Below, piece after piece: positions 22,194 to 32,414 of a stretch of DNA of 64,000 nt. The DNA is taken from positions 1 to 64,000 of IMG/VR virus record IMGVR_UViG_3300045971_000577, one strand, 5' to 3'. The position numbers and the translations under genes were made by a program. The notes under the pieces are model-generated. The model searched no databases. It saw only the letters and a program-made list of their open reading frames with translations, and was not told the origin of the DNA. Positions within the stretch are counted from its first letter, which is position 1; every line of letters begins with the position of its first letter.

Positions 22194-22679
22194 GTTAGGC
22201 CTCCTCAGCTTCGAGCTCTTCCAGAAGCTTCACACCAGCAGCGATTGCTTCTTCGTCGTTGGTTGCTTCCAGCAGTATCTCGTCCCCACACCAGCAGAAG
22301 AAGTATTGCTTCAGATCCCGCCAATACGACACCCGCTCGTTCAGTTCTCGGATGATGGGATCGGTTTTGGGTTTGGACATTTGGGTTGATTCCTGTTGCG
22401 ATGTCACTATTATGCAGCGACCTGTCTGGATTGTCAACTGCTAAATGAATTGCGGTCCACCCTGTTGTTTCGGGCTACTCATCCTTACGGGATGATAAGC
22501 ATCGCGAAATGCTTTCGGTTATTTCCGATACTGTAAGGCCCCTTCGCGGGAACCTTGTGGACTGCAATGCACTCACCCGAAAAGGACCTTTCGGTCCAGT
22601 CCAGGCACTGCTCTTCCTTTAGTAAATGGTGGCCCAAGCCCTTACGCTTGGGAACCGCACCCAACCCCAACCTTGTTGC

Positions 22680-23156
22680 TTAGGCGGGGGTCGTTTCCAC
22701 GGCCGGCGCAGCTTCGGCATCTTCGGCGTGCAGCACTTCGCCCGGTGCGGGGATGAACGGCACAGATTCCGGAGCAGCTTCCACCTCACGGATGGTCAGC
22801 TTCGTCTTGCCGGCGCCCAGGGCTGCCACGATCAGCTTTTCGGCAGCGCCGCGGCTGATACCCGCAGCAACCACTTCACCGGTGCGCACCTTGATGACGT
22901 CCACGGTATGAATGACCTTCCTGCCGCCCTTCTTGTCGTCGGGGCGGCCCAAGCCTTCCACCAGCTCGGCGTCGATGCTGCGCACGGTCTTCAGGCTGTG
23001 GTTGTAGTGCGTCGCTGCGCTCGCAAGGCTGATGCCGTGCTGAGCCATGGCCGCCTGCATCACCGCCTTGCGGAAGGCCGTGTTGCCCATTTCGGCACGT
23101 TGCGGTAGCATTTGGGCGAACGTCTCATTCACGAAGTCGCGAACACCTTTGGTCAT
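22680..23156 (-). CDS. SLAxAATHYN family protein with acidic Ala/Pro tail
   Basis: AFRKAVM..GISLASAATHYN..VEGLGR. Confidence 0.8.
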   Translation of the reverse strand: MTKGVRDFVNETFAQMLPQRAEMGNTAFRKAVMQAAMAQHGISLASAATHYNHSLKTVRSIDAELVEGLGRPDDKKGGRKVIHTVDVIKVRTGEVVAAGISRGAAEKLIVAALGAGKTKLTIREVEAAPESVPFIPAPGEVLHAEDAEAAPAVETTPA

Positions 23157-23851
23157 ATCAAACTCTCTTTCTTGCATTGGGTTGGGGTTGCATGAGCTGC
23201 GTCTGCTGCCCATGTATGTATTGTGTGGCTGGGCATACTTTTGGGCAAGTCTTTTAGGCGGTGCAGATGTAACAATTTGCGGAAAAGAGAAAACCACCGA
23301 AGTGGTTTATTTACAGGTGAAACTTTTTATTTTTCGTATCAAATCATTTGTGGGCGGTGTAACTGTTCCACCGGTTGAAGTGATATAAAATGTAAGAGAT
23401 ACATGCAGATTTGAAACTTTTCTGCATAATGCCTTTAGTTCCGATTCGGTATATACTCCATATTGAAAGTTACATCTAAGAAGTATTCTATTATAAATGT
23501 TCCGGATTTCCGTTTCTATCTGTTGCTGCATGTTCCTGGTCCATTCGTTGATCTGCTGTATCCAGTATTTGATTCATTTCCTTCAATATATTCAACATAT
23601 GAATTTCGAGTTCTTCTTTAGTCATCTTACCTGGATGTTTTTCGAATTCTGTCAATCTCATTATTTTATTCCCTTCATTACAGGATTTTCAGCAAGCTGA
23701 TGCATATAGAAATCAATCTCTTCTACAGACATATTTTCTACAGATCTTTGTTCCAGTTCAAATAATCTCATCATGCTGTCCTCCGTTATACTATTTATCA
23801 AAAGAAAGCCTGCACAGGGCAGGCTAACTTGGTTAGGACTTGGTGAAAGTC

Positions 23852-24097
23852 TTAGGCGTACAGGCGAAATTGATCGCCGAAAACGTCTCTGCGGCTCACA
23901 GCATAGGCGGTGCGGCCCTTGGTGTTGGTTGTCTTACGAACAACCAACCCGTTTTGGCGCATTTCTGAAATTCGCGCACGCAAATTTTGCACACCGAAGG
24001 TTGCAGCAGCCTGAGCTGATGTCAGGGTGCGGTTCGTTCCACGAAGATAGGTCTCGAGAAACTGATTCTGGGTCTTGGTAAGTGTTGTGAAGGACAT
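23852..24097 (-). CDS. Small winged-HTH-like protein
   Basis: LTSAQAAATFGVQNLRARISEMRQNG; own sigma70 promoter at 24125-24152. Confidence 0.7.
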   Translation of the reverse strand: MSFTTLTKTQNQFLETYLRGTNRTLTSAQAAATFGVQNLRARISEMRQNGLVVRKTTNTKGRTAYAVSRRDVFGDQFRLYA

Positions 24098-24139
24098 AAT
24101 GTCTCCTTAGTTGATAATCTAAGTATAACAGTTCATGCC

Positions 24140-24530
24140 ACGAATGTCAAGAGAGTGGGCATCGGTTTTGACACGCGATGCCCACTATGATACGGTTGAA
24201 GCGTGGTCCGGAGGTAAGTCTCGGTACGCAAACCGCAGCCATCCATATACTGGAGCGGCACCTCGGGCACCTTGGCTGTTATCGGCAGTTTCTATGCTTG
24301 CCGCTTATCGATGGGACCCTTGTAACATTAGGTATCCCGAACCCAATGCACGACCGTCAGTTAGGAATAGACAGACACTAGCGGATAAATCTTCCTACAC
24401 CCTTTCGGGCTCCGCTGCTGGTTTGATAGCCACTGCAGACAAACCAAGTCTGAAGTGCGGTATGCGGTCCACTCGGCCATCGACGCTCCATCCAGGAAGT
24501 TATTAGCCCAACCATTGCTGGTCCCCTGCT
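24140..24530 (-). ncRNA. Candidate structured ncRNA
   Basis: No credible ORF; nested stems TGGAGCG/CGCTCCA, TCGATGG/CCATCGA, GACCG/CGGTC; GAAA tetraloop. Confidence 0.5.
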
Positions 24531-24573
24531 CAGCAGGAAAGGGCCCGAAAGCCCCTTGTGGATCCTATTTGGC

Positions 24574-26070
24574 TTACATGCCAGCCAGGATGCCAACCAG
24601 CGCCGCCGCTTTCGGCACGCCCAAACCAGTCGACAGGTCGTAACCCACCTTGGCTTGGGTGGCGCTCGGCCCACCGCTCACCACGTCGTTGAACGCTTGC
24701 GAGTACAGCAGCGGATTCGAAGCCACGGCGTAGAGCGCAGCCTGGAAGTCGATTGGCGTCTTGAACTGCTCAGCACGCACCGCGTTGGTGATTGCCGCCA
24801 ATGCCGCCCACTGCGGAGCACCGATGCTGGTACCGTAGCCACCGTACCAGCCGCAGTTCGCTGCACCCTTGGCTGTCACACATGCCTTGTCCGGGATCTG
24901 CGCACTGGGCGTCAGATACACGGAAAGCGCACTGGCCGCGTCAGCATCGAACGCCACGTCAGGCACTGCACGTCGCGGAAGGCCCAGGCTGGTTTGGTAA
25001 GTCGGCGTCGCATAGAACTGTGTCACGCCACCACCACTGCCACCCCAACCAGTGTCAACTGCACCCAGGTTGTTCGTGCCGCCGACAGCCAGCACACGGT
25101 TGGACACGGATGGCCAGATGGGACGTGCACCGATGTCGCCGCTGGCAGCCACGTAGGTGACGCCCGTTTTGCTGAACGCGATCGTGTCCCAGCCACCAGC
25201 CGTGTAGTTGATCTGTCCGTTGGGCATGATCGGATTGGCAGGACCGTACAGGTAAGTAGCGGTGGCCGAAGCTGCGGTGCAGGTGGGGTCGTACTGGACG
25301 AGCACACCTTGCTTGTTCTTCACACCCTGGCAGGTCGAAGCAAACCCGCTTTCGGCGCCGCCCCAACTCATCGAAACCACGTTGCCGATCTTGGCGCCGT
25401 ACTGCACACCAAAGGACAGCGCACTGACGAAGGGGCTCGGAACTTGCACCAGGACGATGGTCGCCATCGGCGCGATCGCATGCGCCCACTCGATGTCCAT
25501 GCTGGATTCGGCCATCCAGTTCATGTCGTCGCCGAAGGTCTGCTTGGTCGGGCGCCCGGTAGAGGTCAGGTTGATGACCTGGAAGGAGCAGCCGCTACCT
25601 GCAGTCGGCTTCGGCGAGTTGGCGTTGTAGTAGCCGGAAACAGGGTCCACGGTGTAGTTGGTGGTAACCACGTTGCACTGCGGAAGCCCGTGTTGCGCGG
25701 AGAACTTGGCCAGATCGCCCGCCGCGTTGGGGTTGTTGTAGGCGGAAACAATGACGATGACCTGTCCGCTGCCTTGCTGCGCGGGAGTCGTCAACGTGCC
25801 AAATCCGTAACGGGCACGAACTTGGGCGGGATTTTGGCCAAGGGTGGCAAGACCACCGGCCGTCTTCACGGATGCAAGCACGCCCGCAGTGGTAGTCGCC
25901 GCCATGGGTTGCATTTCCGGTTCGGCACCCAGCGCGGTTGCCGTTTCGCTGTCACTTTGTGTGGCCACAGCGTCTTTGGCCAACTGGTCGGGACCAGTGT
26001 TTTCACCACCGCCACATGCTGCCAACAGGCACGCCGTTGCGATGATGCTCAGGGATTGGAGCTTCTTCAT
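24574..26070 (-). CDS. S53 (sedolisin-like) serine peptidase, lipoprotein
   Basis: Lipobox LAAC; ESSMDIEWAHAIAP, AASGD, GTSIGAP; early promoter upstream. Confidence 0.85.
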   Translation of the reverse strand: MKKLQSLSIIATACLLAACGGGENTGPDQLAKDAVATQSDSETATALGAEPEMQPMAATTTAGVLASVKTAGGLATLGQNPAQVRARYGFGTLTTPAQQGSGQVIVIVSAYNNPNAAGDLAKFSAQHGLPQCNVVTTNYTVDPVSGYYNANSPKPTAGSGCSFQVINLTSTGRPTKQTFGDDMNWMAESSMDIEWAHAIAPMATIVLVQVPSPFVSALSFGVQYGAKIGNVVSMSWGGAESGFASTCQGVKNKQGVLVQYDPTCTAASATATYLYGPANPIMPNGQINYTAGGWDTIAFSKTGVTYVAASGDIGARPIWPSVSNRVLAVGGTNNLGAVDTGWGGSGGGVTQFYATPTYQTSLGLPRRAVPDVAFDADAASALSVYLTPSAQIPDKACVTAKGAANCGWYGGYGTSIGAPQWAALAAITNAVRAEQFKTPIDFQAALYAVASNPLLYSQAFNDVVSGGPSATQAKVGYDLSTGLGVPKAAALVGILAGM

Positions 26071-26189
26071 GATTTCCTTTCGGTTGATTTCAGGATGCAA
26101 CCACCCGGTTGCTTCACTGCAGGGCCTTTGCTGCCCATGTATGTATTATGTCACCTCTGCCAACTGTGGTCAACAACCTTTTGAAACAA

Positions 26190-26640
26190 AAGAAACGTGG
26201 CCCGGAGGCCACGTGAGGACGGTTGTAACCCTTTTCCATCTTCGGGAAGGTAAACCGTAAGTAGGGAGGCTGATCTTCTTGGCAGCCTACCCGCGAAAAA
26301 GGGAGTTTCTGGTGATTCCCTATGATACTTCTTTAACATTGTTGGGGATCATATTCACACCTGGAGCATCCCGAGCTCAGGTGAGGATCGTCAGATAGGA
26401 ATAGACGAACCTTAGGGGATTTTCATCCTACCTCTTTCGAGTCCCCTGCATCTTGTCAACTAGGCGCTCGATGCCGTAGTTGGCAGCACGAATGCTGTCA
26501 ACAGATAAAAGGAAGGCACCCAAGGGTGCCTTGAAGAGCTGAACCAAAGATTTTCGGAGGTGCATGGTTACTCTCTTATTCACCATACCTGTCCTCAAAC
26601 CATCCCACGGATAATAGGTGTAGGGTAGAAGCTCGGGCCG
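26190..26640 (-). ncRNA. Candidate structured ncRNA(s)
   Basis: Dense hairpins ending in terminator-like CACGTGGCC/GGCCACGT plus T-run; shares a motif with 24355-24415. Confidence 0.5.
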
Positions 26641-26945
26641 TCTAAAAGCCGCTTTGGTTGGAAGCGACACATCGGGTGCCTGCCACTTCCATTTGGGTGA
26701 TGTACTACTTGGGCACCAGGTTCAGAGTGGAGGGGGCTCGACGAAGTCTTCGATCAGCGAAATCTTGCAGGTTTCTGTGGGGCCGAACTCGAACCCGTGT
26801 TGCAAGGCAACCATCATGCCGTCCTTCAGATCCTTCTCCGTCGTGTCGTCCTCGACATCGAACAGGATTTGGAATGCTACTTTCTTCATGTGTTTGTTCT
26901 CCGTTTGTTGAAAGGGGCGGGCGGTTTATTTCCCGCCCCTGCTAC

Positions 26946-28100
26946 TTAGGCCCCAGCGAGCATGACTCCGCGGCGTGCAGCCTCCGCTTGCCGACGTTCC
27001 AGGAGACGCTTGAATTTTGCCTCCCGCAACAAACAAGTGGCTTCTGCCATCTCCGCCCAGTCTTTCGGGTCGGTTTTGACGAAGTCAGCCACCTTCTTCA
27101 CCATACGCAGCGACACTTCGCGCAGGTACTCGGCGTTATCGAACATGAACTTCAGGATGTCAGCTTCCTGTGCTGCGTCAAAGTTATACGGCGTCAGCAT
27201 GCCGTCGCGCACGACCTGCTTGATACGCAGCAGTTGGTCACGGATGGTGCCGATCTCCAGGTCCATGTAGTGGCAGCGTGACATGATTGCTTCCAGGTGC
27301 TTCGCAATGCGCGAACCCTTGGCAATCGTGCGCTCGAAGTCCACATTGGACAGGAAGATGATGCTGCCCTCGAAGTCAAACGCTTCGGGGATGTCTTCCA
27401 CTTGCAGAACGCGGCTTTCCTTGTTCCAGCAGATGCGACGCTTGTCGCCGCTGTTCAGTGCTGCCTTCAGCAGGTTCAGGCACTCTTCCTCGAACAGCAC
27501 GCCGTCGCAGTCGTCGAACACCAGCACTTGTTCCGGGTTGCGGTTGTAGTAGAGCTTCTGGTACAAGCCGATGCTTGACACACCGCCACTGACCACTTCG
27601 TATTTGGGATCTCGGCCTTCCATGGTGCGGAACATATTGGCGGCTGCCAACTGCTTCTCCACACCAAACGACTTGCCAATGCCCGGAGGGCCACTGACCA
27701 CCAAACCGCGGATGCCGTCCGGCTTCGTGCAGCCGTCCGTGATCTTGTCCAACATCAGGAACGTGTTCTCGATGCGGTCCATGGCTTCATCTTCCGTCTC
27801 CGCTGCGATGAACACCGCCTCGTAGTTCGTGGATTGCATGACGCCAGCAGCGCCTGCACCACCATCGACCACAATGTGTTCGCCGAGTGCTTCACCTTCC
27901 ATGTCCAGAAGTTCGAAGTCGCCCTTTTCGCAGCTGACACGCTGCACGGGAGGATGGCCGGGTTGCGGCTCCGGGTTGCGGATGGTCACGAACCCGCCCT
28001 TGGCGCCATCTTGCCATGGCTTCACCAGCGCGAAAGTACCTTCGACCGGTTGCCCACGGTAGTATCCCTTGGAAATCTTGCACTGAATACTCAAAGTCAA
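26946..28100 (-). CDS. AAA+ family ATPase
   Basis: Walker A GPPGIGKS, Walker B LVFDDCD, IIFLSN, SRC. Confidence 0.88.
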   Translation of the reverse strand: MTLSIQCKISKGYYRGQPVEGTFALVKPWQDGAKGGFVTIRNPEPQPGHPPVQRVSCEKGDFELLDMEGEALGEHIVVDGGAGAAGVMQSTNYEAVFIAAETEDEAMDRIENTFLMLDKITDGCTKPDGIRGLVVSGPPGIGKSFGVEKQLAAANMFRTMEGRDPKYEVVSGGVSSIGLYQKLYYNRNPEQVLVFDDCDGVLFEEECLNLLKAALNSGDKRRICWNKESRVLQVEDIPEAFDFEGSIIFLSNVDFERTIAKGSRIAKHLEAIMSRCHYMDLEIGTIRDQLLRIKQVVRDGMLTPYNFDAAQEADILKFMFDNAEYLREVSLRMVKKVADFVKTDPKDWAEMAEATCLLREAKFKRLLERRQAEAARRGVMLAGA

Positions 28101-28446
28101 TCTCCTTGTTGCACTGCGCTCTGCAGTGTATGCATTATGCGATCAATCAGCGGATTGGTCAAGCACTTACTTCGTTCTGGTCCAATCCTTGAAATAGAAC
28201 CGGTGGGTGCCGACCAGGAAGGACTCGTGCCCTTCGTGCACCACATCGAACGGAATCGGAAGGCCGCCATCGTGGCTGATATGCCCGGTTACGCGAACTG
28301 CGGTGACCGTGTCAATGGATGCGGCAACCTTCGTGAGTTGACCCCAGAAGCCAAGGTAGGGAATGTAGTTGGGACTGGCCATTGTGTTCCACCAAAGTGT
28401 GTTGCGATGTCTGTATTATGCAGGCACTTGACCACTTGGTCAAGCA

Positions 28447-28905
28447 TTAAATGGTGGACCAATCGTCGAGCATGTCCATTCGACGATACGGATGGAACCT
28501 CGTCTTGCCGTCCCAGCGATCTTCGATGGTCGAAACACGCGGCATGCCCATACCGGACACCTGTTCGCCCAATGGCTTCCACGCATTTCCATGGTATTTC
28601 ACATGCCATTCGTTGTCGCGGAACAGGTAGTTGTATTCGTATTCGTCGTGATCGGAAAGCACCGGACTGATGTTAATCCGAACGGGATCGCTGCGCCCGC
28701 GGTAATAAGAAAGCGTTGTGGCGTAGCTGTCGCCCAGACTGGAAATGTCGCCCAACGAAACCAGCGCCGCCACCTGCTCCAGCGTGGTATAGCAACGATG
28801 CAACAGGACACCGTTGTATTGCAGGTAGCCATCCGAGTGGACATACACACTTGCAAAGACACCCGAAACAGGGTGCATGACGATAATGCTGCTATTGGTT
28901 GACAT
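28447..28905 (-). CDS. Hypothetical phage protein (YxHxDGY motif)
   Basis: SVYVHSDGYL..NGVLL. Confidence 0.7.
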   Translation of the reverse strand: MSTNSSIIVMHPVSGVFASVYVHSDGYLQYNGVLLHRCYTTLEQVAALVSLGDISSLGDSYATTLSYYRGRSDPVRINISPVLSDHDEYEYNYLFRDNEWHVKYHGNAWKPLGEQVSGMGMPRVSTIEDRWDGKTRFHPYRRMDMLDDWSTI

Positions 28906-29365
28906 GCATTCTTTCTATTGCCACACCGGCCATTCATTGCGGTCAAGGGTGTAGCCATACACGACCGCTTCTGGAAGATCGGATCCATCTTGGTTCACAC
29001 CAGTTGACAGAACTTCTTCGGCAGCAGCCTGTGCCGATTGTTCGTCTTCAGCATCAACTTCGATGACCTGTGTGTGAACTTCCTTGATCTTCACGAAGAA
29101 TTTTGGCATATCATCCCTTTGTTGCAATGTCATTACTATAGCTGACCGCTTGGTTGCTGTCAACTACATTTAGAAGAGGGCGGAGAAATCCCAGGACCTT
29201 GTCCATGATTCCTATCTGGTGTTCGGCCCGTAGTCGCGCTCGGTGACCTGCTCTTTCAGGTATACAAGCCATGCAGGAATCACCCAGCCATCATCACCTT
29301 TGTATTCGGCAAAGATACCTTCCAATTCCTTGACTTGAATTTCAGTGATATTTCCGAGCCACATT

Positions 29366-29632
29366 TCATGCTCCGGGAGTTCGTCGAATGACGATGAAGT
29401 CGGTGTAGTCTCCCCCATCGTACAGGTCGTAATCCAGACAGCGGGTGTGAATCTTTTCGGCCGAGATGGTGATGTTGGCAGCACTGGCACCTTCCCACTT
29501 GTTGAGGATGTCAGCGAGGATATTCTCCAGCGTTTCATCACCGGCGATGTACATCACCGTGTCCGTGTCATCCGGCCAGAAGTCTCGGATTTGGTGGCCG
29601 AACTCGTTTCTCGGCCGATAAGTGATACCCAT
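29366..29632 (-). CDS. FWPDDTDT family protein
   Basis: Tandem paralog of 29634-29903. Confidence 0.8.
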   Translation of the reverse strand: MGITYRPRNEFGHQIRDFWPDDTDTVMYIAGDETLENILADILNKWEGASAANITISAEKIHTRCLDYDLYDGGDYTDFIVIRRTPGA

Positions 29633-29633
29633 G

Positions 29634-29903
29634 TCAGGCTCCTTGCAGGCGTGTGATTTTAATGAAGGTGGTGTAATCACCCGGATCGTACAGGTCGTAT
29701 CCGAGGCAATCGGTGTGGATGTGCTCGGATGTGATTTGGATTTGAGTCAGTGCAGCGTCTGCCCACTTCTCGTAGATCTTCTGGAGCAGATCGGCCATGA
29801 TGGGAGGAGAACCGTGCCAGAAGTCGGTCGGAATATACATCTCCGTGTCCGTGTCATCCGGCCAGAAAGTTCTGATCCCGCCGTCACGTGTACCGTATCC
29901 CAT
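29634..29903 (-). CDS. FWPDDTDT family protein
   Basis: RTFWPDDTDTEMYI..EHIHTDCLGYDLYD. Confidence 0.8.
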   Translation of the reverse strand: MGYGTRDGGIRTFWPDDTDTEMYIPTDFWHGSPPIMADLLQKIYEKWADAALTQIQITSEHIHTDCLGYDLYDPGDYTTFIKITRLQGA

Positions 29904-30324
29904 GTCTTTGCTCCTTGTTGCCACTATTATGTAGCAGCAGCAACTACCTGTCAATGACTATTTGAAACCTAGTCGGTAGTCTTTTCGACGGTGACTTCTT
30001 TCCAGGCACCCGGCGCGTAGATCCGACCTTCGGTCATGTTGCCGTTCATATCAATCTCAGCTTCGAGGATCAGCTCTCCACCTGGGCCGACATGAATGCC
30101 GTCGTCCAATACCTTGTAGACGGGATACAAGCCCACGTGGGCGCCACCCGGCTGGATGATTACTTTCAGCATGTCAGAGCTCCGCGTTGACGTCGACGAT
30201 TTCAGTTTCGACGATGTCGTTGCCGTGCGCGAAGTGGTAGTCCATCTCGGCCACCAGTGTGGACACGTCTGCATCCTCGCGAACGGTCAGCTTTACTGTC
30301 ACTTCGATTGTCTTGGTTCCCATG

Positions 30325-30639
30325 TCAGACCCCTTGTTCTTCGGCCAGCAATGCTGCAAACTTCAGCCACAGATAACGAGCACCTTGGCGCTCCTCGTCG
30401 GTGCTGAACTCGTTGAATTGCTTCATGCTGCCGGTGTCCAGGCCGAGCGTAGTCAACCCTTCGTTAATACGTTCAGAGAAGTCGCCGAAGTCTCTCCAGG
30501 GCAGCCGGTAGCTGTCGATTGCATTGTCGATAGCCCAGCAGCTGAATCCTTCGGTGTCGCTACGTCTGTAGAACGAGTTGACGCCGTCCCACAGATATTG
30601 GTCAGCAGCAAGATGCAGGGCGGCAGAAATCGTTAGCAT
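30325..30639 (-). CDS. Distant member of the FICHA..RHRW family
   Basis: FSCWAI...RQGARYLWL. Confidence 0.65.
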   Translation of the reverse strand: MLTISAALHLAADQYLWDGVNSFYRRSDTEGFSCWAIDNAIDSYRLPWRDFGDFSERINEGLTTLGLDTGSMKQFNEFSTDEERQGARYLWLKFAALLAEEQGV

Positions 30640-30797
30640 GTCGTGTCCTTGTGTGATGTCGCTACTTTATAGCAGGCCCGTCCTGCTGTCAAGAGATATA
30701 TGGTGGCCGAGTTTCACCAGATCCAGCCGTGTGGCTCGATGGCAACAGTGGTCAGGACGAAACTCGAATGCCGTGAAATGTAATTTTCGAGTTCCAC

Positions 30798-31896
30798 TCA
30801 GAAAGGATCAGCACCTTCGATATCACGAAGATAGAGATGCAGTCCACTGACGGATAGTTTCATTATCGCAGCTTCATCCTCGGCCATCTTGGCTTCGAAA
30901 TATATTCTGTTTAGATCGGGGGTGTGGGTGCATGTGTTAGTGGTTTCGATATTATATCTTTCAAGTATATCTATCATATAGAGTGCTTCGTCTTGATGCA
31001 CCGTACCTGCATACCAGCGACGTTTACTCACCACATTGGTTCTTCTCTTCAAAATCTATCACCTGATCCACAACCAGAAACACCGCTTCTGGCGGACATG
31101 TAAGTTTTAGGAATGCTACTTCCTCTTCTGTTATGTTCAGTATGTGCCGTGTAAAAGATTCCGGATTACCCTTTACCGTCATCGTTGCATGGGTAACGCC
31201 CAGCATCATACCGAGCCTGTTGAACCGCATAACAGTCGCATGGAAAAGATCGCTATATTCATACGGTACATACACGATATGAAGTGCAGTTTCTGCTGTA
31301 GGATACACGTCGGATTCGGGCATAGGATTTTGGTGCAAGATTCCAAATCAGATTTGGAAATCTGAGATCGATATTTGAATACGAAAATCAGACCGCATTT
31401 GTTTGGATAATGTATTCTGGACGGATGCTATCCATGATGTGCCTACCGTCTTTGTTTCTTATTGTATGCCGGATGACAACAAACACAACGAATCCACTAA
31501 GCTTCAGAAATGTTATCTGCTCAAGTGTTGCTTCCGGAATGATTCGGGCTCTGGAGAAACACTGCATGCTGCTATCGTTCTTCAGATCGCAATATAACGG
31601 AAATGAGTTTTCCGGCCACACGATATCTTCGATATTTTTGTTTTTATCTGCATCGATAATAACACTAACAGTTAGCATTTTCAATCCTCTGCACATAGCT
31701 CAATCCGGCACGGAAAGGTAAGCTTCATAATCATTGCCATGTCCGGTGGCAGGAATAGGTCGAACGCAGCGCCGTGGATTATGTTCGGATACATAAATCC
31801 GTTGAACTTATGTTCCTTCACAAAGGCAAGCATTGGTATCTCGTATTCCTTTAATACCCATACCTTGTACCTCGGGTTTATCTCCACTTTTTCCAT
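30798..31896 (-). CDS. Cluster of four small E/D-x-A-x-x-L-K-L family proteins
   Basis: DEAAIMKL, EEVAFLKL, EQITFLKL, DMAMIMKL. Confidence 0.65.
31324..31396. repeat. AT-rich element duplicated at 55762-55863
   Basis: AGGATTTTGGTGCA..TTCCAAATC..GAAATCTGAGAT..AAATC..CCGC in both copies. Confidence 0.8.
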
Positions 31897-32414
31897 GCAG
31901 CGAATTTAGATAAAAATATGCCAGCCAATAAACCGAGGGCGATGTCGAATGTGTAGTTTATGTACCAGACCGGATGCAATACATGTGAAACTATTACAGT
32001 GGTAGCACATACGGGAACTATTATTACAGCACCGGCCATGCCAAATTTTCGATCATTCGATTTCTTTACTGCTTCTTCGTCGGCAGCCCGCGCATTCAGC
32101 ACATTGATATAGTCGTCGATTATCCACCCAGTGCCATCGAGTCTTCCGTCATCACGAAACTGATCGAGTAGTTGAATGTATGCTGTGGAATACATATTGA
32201 TAAATGGTCCAGGCCGCCCCGGCGTACCAAGTATCCATCTATATTTCATCCGCCGTTTGTATTTCTGTATCAGTCGATTATGTTCTTTATGTTCTTGCAC
32301 ATACTGATAATGCATGAATTCGAGATGAGAAAGGGAACTTTCGTAACGACTTTCCAGTTCAGCAACCGGAATACGACGCAGGGCGTCGTATGTGTCGTCT
32401 TCGGTATGCATCAC
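31878..32414 (-). CDS. TEDDT family protein with C-terminal TM helices
   Basis: MMHTEDDTYDALRR; two hydrophobic segments. Confidence 0.7.
   Translation of the reverse strand: MMHTEDDTYDALRRIPVAELESRYESSLSHLEFMHYQYVQEHKEHNRLIQKYKRRMKYRWILGTPGRPGPFINMYSTAYIQLLDQFRDDGRLDGTGWIIDDYINVLNARAADEEAVKKSNDRKFGMAGAVIIVPVCATTVIVSHVLHPVWYINYTFDIALGLLAGIFLSKFAAWKKWR

Larger units (their letters stand above)
61..30695 (-). promoter_or_regulatory. Dispersed early promoter/leader cassette, more than 20 copies
   Basis: Plus-strand word ccttgttgcgatgt(a/g)tgtattatg..N..tgtcaa/ggtcaa near 61, 623, 1362, 1783, 2422, 2810, 7945, 9410, 10078, 11061, 11772, 12040, 14428, 15158, 15935, 18677, 20477, 22393, 28400, 30652. 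On the minus strand it reads TTGAC(A/C)-17-CATAAT, a conserved leader, then an AAGGAG RBS. Confidence 0.9.

Noticed and set aside
24140-24530. tmRNA
   Set aside because: Only short word similarities; no GGGG acceptor stem, T-arm/CCA end or tag reading frame.
24556-26184. 542-aa plus-strand ORF (also 13384-14469, 10427-11101, 27834-28670)
   Set aside because: Antisense shadows of recognisable minus-strand genes in GC-rich DNA; no motifs or RBS.
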